64,000 bases of DNA, from NCBI GenBank assembly GCA_030704615.1, contig CM060734.1, positions 19,282,001-19,346,000 on the forward strand, given 5' to 3'. Positions 9,477-20,574 of this stretch are shown in pieces. The stretch comes from Takakia lepidozioides. Taxonomy: Eukaryota; Plantae; Bryophyta. The notes beneath the pieces are model-generated. The model was not told the origin of the DNA, made no database searches, and was given only the letters and a program-made list of their open reading frames with translations. Position 1 is the stretch's first letter, and each line of letters begins with the position of its first letter. A program made the translations under genes and the position numbers.

Positions 9477-10277
9477 ATGAAACCACGGAGCGTGGGTGGG
9501 GAACCGGTTGCGGAAGTTGGGGACATTCGTGGACGGGGGCACTTTAAAAGGCGCAGGAGTCGGAGTCCTCTAGGATTCCAGGAATTATGTCACAACTCTG
9601 GCCAGGTAAAAAATCTGTACAATCCGGAGGGCCCAAACAAGACAGCTGTACATGAAAATCTGGATATCACCGGTTGCGGGTCTACCCATATCGCCAGAGT
9701 GACCTTTCCATCAGGGTCCAATGTCTTTAGTCATGATGACAGATCGTGCGGAATCCAACCCTACAAATCGGAAGATGACTTCCCTGGAACAGGGAAATCC
9801 TGTTCAGTAAAAAACCCCAAGTTTTCGTATTCCCCGGGAAATACTCCATATTCACCAGAAAGCAATGGAACCACGAAGGAGACTCCAACGGCAGGATATC
9901 TGGCATCATCTCCTGGATACAGTCCTCCGTCTCCAGACTCCCCTGTACACGCCTCAGGCTCTCCTGGCTATTCGTCTGCGTCGCCAGAATACTACCCTGG
10001 ATCTCCGAGCTCTTCCCCTGTAGAATACACCCGTGCAGACTCTTCCCCTGAGACCAGTAGGACAATTCGAGAGACTCTTCATGAACTATACCCTGCAGAT
10101 AACTATGACACTGACTCTCCTGCCTACTCCACCGGTTCAGTAGAATACGTTCTTGGGTCTCCGAGCTATACCCCTCCAGATTACTCCCCTGAGACTCATC
10201 GGGCGATTACTGAGACCCTCCTTCGTTACAAACATGAAACAATGACCAATATTGAATTTGTGCGGAAGGCATATTAG
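9477..10277 (+). CDS. Ser/Pro/Tyr-rich ORF with RNA Pol II CTD-like heptads
   Basis: 266-aa ATG ORF with in-register heptads such as YSPGNTP-YSPESNG, YLASSPG-YSPPSPD, YSSASPE-YYPGSPS and YDTDSPA-YSTGSVE-YVLGSPS. Confidence 0.55.
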   Translation: MKPRSVGGEPVAEVGDIRGRGHFKRRRSRSPLGFQELCHNSGQVKNLYNPEGPNKTAVHENLDITGCGSTHIARVTFPSGSNVFSHDDRSCGIQPYKSEDDFPGTGKSCSVKNPKFSYSPGNTPYSPESNGTTKETPTAGYLASSPGYSPPSPDSPVHASGSPGYSSASPEYYPGSPSSSPVEYTRADSSPETSRTIRETLHELYPADNYDTDSPAYSTGSVEYVLGSPSYTPPDYSPETHRAITETLLRYKHETMTNIEFVRKAY

Positions 10278-10880
10278 GCTGCGAAATATGATAGCAAAAT
10301 AGGATTATGGATGTTCCTTGTAGGATTTTACGTTTTCCTGTAGGATGATGTATTGATTGGTGAAACAAGCCTCTTTTTATACAAATGTTTTCGAACATTA
10401 CTGTTTGTCATTGTCATTGAGTTTTTTTCAAAGACATTGGAGTTGTTCAGAATGAAAATGTTTCCCAACTTTACTGCTTATCATTGCCATTGACTTTCTT
10501 GGAATTCTGATAGACTTTCTAGTTATTCTGATATCCAGAATAATAACTTCTTCTTTTTCTAAGGTCAAATTCTCCAAACTTCCACTGCACAGTGGAGGTT
10601 ACATAAATCGGTCTGTGGAGTCTGAACATGGATTACACAATTTTCATACCTCTGACACAAATGTTTGTTGTTTTCTGATCAAAGTTCCCACTCCCCAGGA
10701 CTACGTTGTTGGAATGTGCAAAGAGATGTGGACAATTCATATGTCGTCAGTCGCCAAATTTCAAAACACAACACCTCGCCATTTTTAAGCTCTACCCAGA
10801 AGTGACGGAGTGGGGCATCGTCCCCGTGGGTACACCTCCTGAGCACAAACTGACCTTCCAATTTAAAGATTGGTGCTGAA

Positions 10881-13791
10881 GTGAAAGAGCTGAAATACGC
10901 AATCGTTCTCGATATTGAGCTGGAGTTGGATGCTGAAGATCCAATGTTGGTTGTATTCATTATGGAGGACGGGAGACTCCCCAAATCGTTTGGATTTAAA
11001 GTACAGGTACGACGACTCCGAAAGGCCATGATGAGAGAGTCCATAGCAATGGGATTCACGTTTCCCGGTGAGGGCGCTGTCTTTACCGATGAAGGATTGG
11101 CCATGTCCTGGAATATCTTTATGGATATTTTATTCATAAAGGGGTAAGGACAATTTGAAGGAGCAAGCTGCCTCTGGATTGAGGCCAAAGAAGGGAAAAA
11201 GAAAATCCACGACTGGAGCATCTACGGAAGAAAATGAGGCTGGAACTTCCGCGGGGAAAAAGAAACAGAAGGAAGATATTGATCCTGCTTTCATGATAGA
11301 TAATAAGAGACCGAAGGCGGCTGATATTTTTGACAATGACAAGTGCGACAAAATGCAAGACAGCCTCCAGAAATTTTATGGTAACATGTTCCCCTTTGGC
11401 TTCGAACAGATTTTTGAGGTCAAGGTTAACATGATGGAGCTCGCACCCAGGTCAATGGTGTACCAGCCGCTGAACATTAAGCACAAAGCAAAGTGAAAGC
11501 TCGCCTATATCAGCTTCGGGTATTCGACTCCAAACATCATGTTTATTTGGCGCCAAAAAACCCAAACAAGGATAATGAGGTTTCCGCCTCCAAACCGCGG
11601 AATTGGACAGAGATCGACAATGCCAAGTTTTTCGTCATCGGTGGACAACACACCATCGTGGCTGCACAAGTTAGTTTTTGGCCAGCTCCCATCTCTGTAT
11701 GCAAGTGAACCTCCACTGTTCAGTGGAGGTTAAGTTATCCATGACTATGAACTGATGTCTTTCCTATATGATGTTTCAGGAACTTGTCGAAGACCTGGAC
11801 GACGAAGATCTAAAGAAATACTACCGAGAGTGGCTAGCAAAAATTGTTTGGTCTACCGATGGACTTAGGCTTGTGAAAATCTCCAAACTCCTCAACGATC
11901 CCAACAAAACGCATAAATTCGACATCACCTTCCCGAAGAAAGTTGCACACGCGCGATTGTTTTATGGGGAGCAAGGGAGGCCAAAGAAATACAACGACCA
12001 CACCACAAAGTCGGAAACCAAACAATGGAAGGTAAATTTATTTTTGTTCACTTACAATGCAATTCGACTGCTTCCAAGCTTTCAATCTTTTGTCTAATGT
12101 CAGATCAGACATCTAATTTTCGCCGTTGACATACTGGCGGGAATTTATGCAAGCATGTCAACTCATTCTAGAAATGACCAGCATCAAGGAGGCCATGGTT
12201 CTGGACCTCTGTGACGAAGATGTATGGAAGATCTGGGAAGAGGTTTTCAGTCAATGGGAGCAAGGAAAACTTATTGACAATTTTGGAATTCAGTTCTAGG
12301 GTGAGCAGCAGCAACTAACAAAAACCGTTATTGCGAAACTGCAAGGACTTAACAGCCGGCAGTTGAGAAAGGTAGCTCAAAACATCTTGGATTGGGATTT
12401 GAGTATCCGGGGTCCCTACAAGGGTGAAGACAAATCCAAGACCTGCATGAACGATTACATTGACTAGATGAAAATGCGCAGATTTCTTATCGATGATGTT
12501 ATGGAAGTTTTGGGGTGGCCTCGGAGTAGCAAGCAGTGCCCTGAGCCCTACGCAAAGGCTGAGTGGCTGAAGGTCAAAAAAATGTACAATTTCAACAAGA
12601 ACGAGTTTGCGACATTTCGGGACAAGTTGGGGGCAGATTACATTCAGAGCAAGATTAAGATGAATATGGAGACCAAACCTATCACTACTGCTTTCGTTAA
12701 GTACATCTCCTCCATCAAAAAAAGCATTTGAGGAAAGGGAGCATGCCCTTGCAGTCCTCGACTCCAGTTTCAAGTCTCAGTATAAAAGTATGGGGGGGAA
12801 GGAGAAATTCAACAATGCCAAATCTCGCTTGTCAGCGGTCTCAAGGAAACGTTTTGAAACAATAGCGCTGGTGTTTGTGATTACCATATGCGACGATGAC
12901 TCTGTCATGTTCGATGCAAAGGATTACGCAAACATCCTGGAGGCTTTTTCAGGACAAAAGCTCCCATCCAGTGCTTTTGTCTTTCTGTCAACACAGCCCG
13001 CGTCTGCCAATCTTGTGTCGTACATCCGGAATGGTCAAGGATCAAAAACGTATCTGGTGCGGCAGGGATATTATATTCCCGGTGAGTTTGAAAATCCATT
13101 TAAGAACTGCACAAAGATATTCTCTCAGCCAATCCTCTGCCTCGATTACGTGTTTCCGGTCACACTTGAGGAGATGACGAATCCGGATGAGCATATTGGG
13201 ACAGTACTCTTGATTGACCCAATACTACCTATTCTTGAAGGCCCGGACATTGAGTTCTCAGACCTGGAGAAGGACTGCAGGACTTACACCCATGAGCTCC
13301 GCCTGGAAACATACGATTACCTGGTCTCGCTGTTTTGTCGCGACGGGATGTCTTGTGTAAACGTTTTTGGAGGTGTCATGCTAACTTACGTTCTCCATGT
13401 AAGTACCTTCTAACTGTCTTTGTGATTTATTGAACCTCGAACGTTCGACAGTGGAGGATCTCTGACCCCGTCGTTCACTAGTACATCGCTAGCACACAAC
13501 ATTTGGGTATTGGACTTCAACCTGCCCACGAAAACTCAATTCTGCAAAAGCAAGGTGCAAGCCAATTTTAAAATGCTTGCAATAGACAATAATAACCTTG
13601 GCGATGGCGATGAGGAAATACTCGTGAAAGGAAAGGAGATAGCAGACGATGAAGACGATGAAGATGACGGAGACGACCAAGTCGAAGCACTGGAGGGAAC
13701 CCCTCAACACCACCAAGAACTGGTCCAGGATACGGAGCAAGGTGGAGATAACATGACCCAAGACAATGAGGGAGACTGGAATGATGGTTAG
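10881..13791 (+). pseudogene. Decayed spliced gene: ParB/Srx-like domain, degenerate amino-methyltransferase-like domain, acidic tail
   Basis: Collinear + strand ORF pieces; GT-AG intron 11670-11779; FFVIGGQHT..A motif; LETYDYLVSLFCRDGMSCVNVFGG near 13300-13374; several stops and frameshifts. Confidence 0.5.
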
Positions 13792-15269
13792 GGACAATTG
13801 ACGGTGGAGGAGGGCGACGGACAGAACCTTCTGGAGCAGACACATGAGGCTAATGAGTGATCACCTTTCCCCAGTACGTGGAGAGGAGTCAAGCTCTACG
13901 GGTCTGGTCAGATTTGGACTTCATAATGTGGAGGATGGGTTCAAACCTGTTGAAGGAGACGAGCCTCTCCCCATGTCTCCGTCTTCCGCAAACAACCAGA
14001 GGTTGGGAGACATAAGCCAGGCCCCTGATGACTCCCAGCAAGTGACTCTGGATGTACGTACCGTTTGACATAACGAAATGGATTATGTATCCCAAAAATG
14101 TGAATTGAATATTCGCCTTGAGTTCAATTTTTCCTCTGCCTTTGGTCCAATCGGAAATACTGCTCATTTCCAAAAATTTGTAAATCATTCCGTCCACCAC
14201 ATTTTCTCCACTAACGGATTCCCTAGTTTCATGAAGATTCGTGAAGCAAAATCAGAGGATATCACACACACAAGGACTGATTCGATTGAGACTCAAACGA
14301 TGAAGAGGCAAGTGGACCTGACAATCAGGGTCAGCTCATCTGAACTCGTGGGTCAAGTAACGTCATTGCAACTGCGGCAGATTGAGTCGGACGAAATTGT
14401 TTCACGGAGAGAAGGAAAAGAGGAGGAGCACCCCAATAGATGAACCCAGCAACCGCCCCCGAAAATGGTAATGTTTTAACATCTATTTTCTGGTTTCCTA
14501 CTTTGTACTTTGTGTAGATGTTGTTCACAATTAACTTCTATGTTATTCCACATCCTGGTTCTTCACATTGGGTAACATTGTGAGGATTACCGTAAGGATG
14601 GGCTGTAATCCATCTATATCCGCAGGGAAATTCGAGCTAGCTACGCGAATGTGTCTTTACGTCTTCCTGAAATGAGTCGTCAATATTTTTTTGGTTTGTC
14701 TTTCTAACTCGGGAACTGGAATCAATGCCAAGGCCTTGTTCGGCAAATAATATCCCAGGGTCAGAACATGCATCATTTAGATTTTTTTCAAGCATAGAAC
14801 TACCTTCACCGCAAAAATGGCGGAAATTTCCAAAACCCTGTCTACTTTAAACGGCTTTACGACATTTTTGCTGAGGAAGACCCCACTGCTTTCAAAACAA
14901 ATACTCTCCTGGGGAATTGACACTGTAGACAATACTCGATGGACTGAAGCCGCACTTGCTGTATCCGTTCGGATTTAGGAAGGATGCCGTCTAGGATGAC
15001 CCACCGGTCAGATTACTTAGAGGTTGGGAGTATAAGTGGCAAAAGTTCCTTAGTAATACCGAGATACGTGCCGATGTATTGGGACATAAGATATTTTGAA
15101 AGAATGCAATTGTAGTTTGTGTGTAGTGAACCTCGCCTTTGTTGTTCACTTCCTTATGGTCTGGTGGTTCCCTTCCACTGTAGTGTTCCCTATCTATCAT
15201 CCTATGTCTATGAATGACTCTATGGTAGAATGGATCTCCAGTTTCCCCGCCTGCGCAAGGGTTGCGTTT

Positions 15270-15962
15270 GTTAATTTTTTGACGTGAATAGAGTTTTGTG
15301 CAAAATCTTGAAGCACCAGAAGACCTACAATGTCCCCTGGCTGTCGGAAACAGACTACAGAATACCAGCTATTGTTGGGATTCGTCTGGTCTATAGACGG
15401 GAGAAATATCGCGAAATGTGGGCAGTTGCACAAACATTTCTGGTTAGGGATTTGGAGCTGTATGATGCAGAAGAACTTGCAACCTATGCTGGACTTTTTG
15501 TTTCATGGTCTCCCACAGCCCGCATTCGTTATGTCTCAAGAAGATTGTATTTCTTGTCCTACTTTTGTGCACCCTGAATTTATACCAGGATATGACTCTC
15601 CCAGTTTGTTTTTGAAGCCGTTTCTTAAGGTTTGGGAGAGATTTGGTGGTCAGTACAACATGAGTAACACTCTGCTCATTGATGACACGGCTACAAAGTG
15701 TGTATTAAATCCGCCCGACTCTTGCCTACTTCTGAAACCGTTCGAGACGGTGGAGACTGATTGTTGCTATCTTCAGAAGGTTCTCTTGGACTATTTGCTT
15801 GGGATGAGGAAACATCCCACTGTTTCAAGCTATCTCAGGAAAAAGAGGATAGGGTGTAAGCCTTACACCAATGTTTCAAATGATCCTAAGTTTAGGCCAC
15901 TCTTGGATTACATTGGCGATCATAATGGTTTGAGGAATTTCAGATATGATGTATCAAAATAA
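15270..15962 (+). pseudogene. FCP1/SCP-like (NIF family, HAD fold) phosphatase domain, frameshifted
   Basis: LIFDVNRVLC (motif I-like), GIWS and NTLLIDDTATKCVLNP across ORFs 15284..15577 and 15330..15962. Confidence 0.65.
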
Positions 15963-16030
15963 AGATATCTTTCATGAATCCCCTCTGTCCAAATTAAACA
16001 TTTGAATACCTTCTTGGTTTCTATATTGCA

Positions 16031-16144
16031 TTGCTTTATACTCACACATAGAGATTGGTTTCTACTCACACACGATGTTCATTTCACACACGGTGTTGCT
16101 TTGTACTAACACATAGTGTTGCTTTCTACATGCACACGGTGTTG
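16031..16144 (+). repeat. ~24-bp minisatellite, about 5 degenerate copies
   Basis: Unit resembles TTGCTTTCTACTCACACACGGTG. Confidence 0.6.
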
Positions 16145-16856
16145 AAATCTCCGACGGACATTCAAGTCAATTACATACCAGCAGAGTACAGAGTACAGGC
16201 CTGCATACGGGCACATCTGTGTATGTAGTAACCTCGACTTTACAATGGAGGTTCACATTCCAGCATACCCGGATTGCTAATTGTTTCTCTTTCGCAGGTT
16301 CAAGGAGATACCATTGACACCAACCAAACATCACGCCCTGTAGTGAAACTCTTCGGACCGCCTGGGCGTCATAGCATAGAAGGCATTAGGAGGGTTGACG
16401 ATGTTGCTGAGATCGACCGTGGTACTTCAGCCATACTGGTGCCCTCTCTGGAGTTTGGCGATACTATTCTACAATCAGGTCCTCATTCGAAAGTTCATTT
16501 ACTGGATCCTCCTGCGACTGATGTCCATGTTGGAAGTGAACAAGATAATTATACTGGAGATCTGGTTGACCTTGCCCAACAATCCTCACCGTCCCCTTTA
16601 ATTACCAAGGTTGTGGATTCTACATCTAGAAGGGCAACCGAGGAGGACGTGGCTGTGGTTCCACTGCGCCTTCTTCCATCCTTCCTCGAATCTCTCCCCT
16701 GCACGAGGGTTGGACAGCCCAAATCCGAAGGAGTCAGGTGACATAAACTTTATTCTGCTCTCTTACTTACTTTGATGGTTTCATTTACTTTTGGGTCTGA
16801 TGTTCATGTGTCACTCCAGGTCAGAAAAATTGCAGATTATGACCTGTCAAACGACG

Positions 16857-17250
16857 CACTAGTACAGATTAACATTTTTATGACTATGGATATCACTGCA
16901 TTTGCAGTGATAAGTGCTTTTATGACTACCTCACTCTGCAGTGACAAACATGAAGTCAGTTCTACCATGACTACGGAGTGATAAGTGCAAAGTCATGGTT
17001 GTCACTAAGGACGTGGCGTGGGATAGTCATAAAAAAAATAACTACACGACTGTAAGCTATGACTGAGGTTACAACTACATCACTACAGCATTGCGCCTAC
17101 ATGGAGAGGCCTCTGTGTGATACGTGGGATCCTTGGGATTTGACATGTGTATTCATCGCCTGATGGTGCAGTGTCGAGTAGTCATATCTTTATGACTACA
17201 CGACTATAGGTATGACTATATCACTATAACACTACTACAAGCTACAGATG
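16857..17250 (+). mobile_element. CACTA (En/Spm) transposon terminus with subterminal repeats
   Basis: Starts CACTAGTACAGA; dense direct and inverted ATGACTAC / GTAGTCAT / ATCACT repeats follow. No partner end seen. Confidence 0.6.
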
Positions 17251-18266
17251 GCACGTGGACTGGTTGGAGCAGGTATCACTGACACGTGTTGATCATGTAG
17301 ATTTTATAATTTATTAAATATTATTTAATTTTAAATGACTAATTTAGATATTAAATTAATATGAAAGTTAATAAACCATGTGGAGCTCTCATAAGCACAA
17401 CAATTGGCAAAGAGGAAAGGCCATCTTATTTTAAATCTTAAAAAAAAAAAAAAAAAAACCATCTATACCAAAACACAACCCCTCTGCAGGGAAAGAGAGC
17501 ATGCATTAATCTTCCAATGACCAAAGAATCGATCCCAACCCTGCTGGCATATGCAAAGAGTGGCAGAGACATGATACAACATGATACAATATGACAGACA
17601 TAACTACAATCAAACATGCCATCCATAGAAACACCACAACACAACCTCAGAGGACATTACACCTTCGAACGATATTGGATGTTAATACATCAGACACTGA
17701 CATGGTGTTCGAACCAGTCTGCCTATATATATTCCCAAAATATATTTCATTCTTCAAGCACGATGTTGCTAAGCACTACCGCAACAAGAAATTGACCATC
17801 TACCTATGCAGGTTTCTTGTAGCTATCATTCCACAGGGAATCGTAAGTAATCTGGAGCTTGAAATCTGGCCCTCTTGGATGAATTTGGACCCACACTCTA
17901 TCCCTGCTCCTAAAGCTATCCATGCCTCTACACAAATCATGCATACATCCTTGTCTTGCAGCTGATAATGACAGCCTAGATTTGTTCTAGGAAACACCCA
18001 ACTTAGCTTATTACACTAGTTCTATAGTGAATTGCGTCTGCTACTCTCCTGTAATCTAACAGGCATTCACCTTTTTGCCTCGGTGTCCCATCATTGACTG
18101 GGTCAGAAAGAATTCATTCCACAGCTTCTCCTCATCTTTGTTACCTGTTTGTGGATACTTTCTTGTTGTCACATTGGCAGTATCATGTCAAAGTCACTCC
18201 AAACTATCAAAGGTTCACTCAACCACCTAACTTGCAGAATTCAACATTGAAATTTAGGGCCGATTA

Positions 18267-18756
18267 TGATAAGAGGGAAAAACAGGGTGAGTTATTTATA
18301 GGACTTTATACATTTAAATTTGTATTTTGTTGATATTGGGACTTCATTTAGTTCCATGTGCCAAGTGAGGTGGCGAACCTCACTTGGGACGAAGAGAGGC
18401 TTATATCCACGTGAGCCTCATGAAGGCTCATCTTCTTGTAGTTGAGCCTCCATAGCCTCTCTTACCTCCATAGCTTTAGGTATTGAGAGGGAGTGTGTTG
18501 AGGGCTTTGTATAGTGTATTCATTTAGCAAAGGTGCCATTGGCTTGACTTAGTTCATGCGATAGAATGGATTTTCACTAAGAAGGACAAGGGTTTGCTCT
18601 TAGTGTTTGCTTTCATGCTTGGAGTGTTTTCATTATCTTCCACTTCTTCCATTTCTCATCTCTTATCACATTGTGGCATAGCTTTCTAGGATTGTGTGCT
18701 AGGAAGTATGGTCGGGCACCGATGCATGTTGTGGCACGATGCTTAGGTGCACGACA
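18267..18756 (+). mobile_element. Diverged LTR remnant related to the LTR at 8448-8963
   Basis: Shares AGGCTCATCTT..AGTTGAGCCTC, TTGGCTTGACTT and terminal GCACGACA; preceded by PPT-like TAGGGCCGAT. Left boundary approximate. Confidence 0.7.
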
Positions 18757-19494
18757 ATTTCATCTCACTCATTCGAAGTATACTAGAAATGCATACTATC
18801 TTCTTTTCTGTTAACATGCAAAAAGAAGTCTCATTGCAAGTGTAGAAAGACGAGGATGACTAACATGTTTGCTACCATATTGAAATGAAAACAACAGCCA
18901 CACGTTTGTAAACAATAAGGGAATCAGAAGAAAAACAAGAGCAGAAGATTATTCGGGGATTCACAAAACAACAAGGGATCGCACGAAGTGTGGGGAGAAA
19001 GACGGGGAGGAAGTAGAGGTGACATGATTAGGGGAGAGATGTTGCAATGAGTATGACGATTTGACCACCCGACTCCTCAAACGGACTAAAAAGGGAATAG
19101 CCAACAAAAGATCAGCCATCATACTAAGGGGAGCATTGACATGGGACCGACAACAGAGTGAATGATACAACCATTACAATGCATGTTTTATTTTTGCAAT
19201 TAGAGTTGGGATGGGCGATGGAACTTAAGGCATGATGGCACACTAATTCAAATGCGGAAGTTTTTTTTGAATTGACAATTTACAAACTTGCCATCGACAA
19301 AATCTATGAACAAAACAAAAAACCCGGAAAAGCGAAAGTTTGCCACAATACAACAAACTTACTAAAGTCAATGGTGTTTCCTCCATCTCGGCCTGTCCCC
19401 TCCATACTTCTCCAAACAGACACGTAGATAACATCGCGATTCTTGTTGACTGGGGTGAGGAGTTAGGGGGAGCATCCAATAATAATAATATTTG

Positions 19495-19660
19495 ACGCCT
19501 CTCGAAGGAAGTGTAAATTATGGTGACTCTTCGCCCGAAGGGTTACTGCCTTCCGCTAGGAAGGTGGACACCTTTGTGACACCAAGGGTGGATTGAACAT
19601 TGAACTCATAACCACTTCCGAGGTGGTACGTGCCATTACCACCCGTCTACAACTTGGTTG
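19495..19660 (-). mobile_element. tRNA-derived SINE-like repeat, copy 1
   Basis: Box A/B-like TAGACGGGTGG...GTTCAATCC on the minus strand; body shared with 28975-29270 and 35052-35175. Confidence 0.5.
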
Positions 19661-20574
19661 TCGGGGAGCATCCAAGAGGGGAGTGGGAGTGAGAGCAGTG
19701 AGGAGCGAAAAGGGAAGGGGGAGCAGGTTCGAACTGCGGACGTCGGGAGAAAGACCTCTCGTCAAAGAGCAGAAAACCGCGCGGTGTAAGTTGCGGTTGT
19801 TGGCCAACGGCAGTGACCGCGCAGTTTCAACCGCGCAGTTGTTGAGTGCAAGGTGTAGCTGCTTGTGCGGGTACGGTTTCTTTGGTGCTCAGACTGCTGC
19901 AGCCTGCCCCCTCAGCTTCCGGCGTTACAATTCAGGCGTCACTGCTACTGTGCTGTCGGGATTGAGCGGCTATATATTTAGATTGTCGGATGGTGCTCGT
20001 TTGTCGTTGAGATCTCGCTTGGACTAGCATTCTTTATGTTTCCTCGTTTGGAATAGCATCGGATTGCAGACATGTCTTTGGAGAGGGGAAGAAACAGACT
20101 GGGAGTGAATCTTGTCTTCTTTCGCTGCGGTAATTGAAGAGCCTGTGGAAAACCCTGTGTGCACATGGTCGTACTCTCGTTGTTGTCTGTGACGAGGAGA
20201 AGCGTTTCATTTCGGTGTATGTGCATGCCATGGATACTTGTAGTGTCAAGTGTGATGTGAGTGTTGTCGAACGTGAGCTGAGCAATGTCGAGCTTTATTG
20301 CACAGAGGTTGGCAAAATCAACTCGGACATAGATGCAGATAGCAGTAAAGTAGGGTGATTTCGAAGAAATTGTTATACTGAGAGCTTTTAGCCGCATATA
20401 GACCTGGTTTTACGTTTTCCCATTGTGAGAGTTTGGAAAATCCTTTGAAATGAACAATGCGTCGCTTGTTGTTCTCTGGGACCATTCTTGAGTTTTAGTG
20501 TTTAAACTGTGAAGTCGAAAGAGAGAGACAGACAGGGCACGGAGTTGTTTTTAGCACGGTTTTGCGTGTGAAAA

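Noticed and set aside
9477-10277. Fragment of the real RPB1 gene
   Set aside because: The heptads are highly degenerate and interrupted, with no polymerase domains.
14518-15100. Ulp1-like protease (HW motif)
   Set aside because: Many stops and no QxxxxDCG motif found; cannot be assigned.
17440-17965. Poly(A) run and adjacent 124-aa ORF as a retrocopy
   Set aside because: No TSD or recognisable protein.
19560-19660. Functional tRNA gene
   Set aside because: Only box A/B-like remnants without a cloverleaf, attached to a repeated body.
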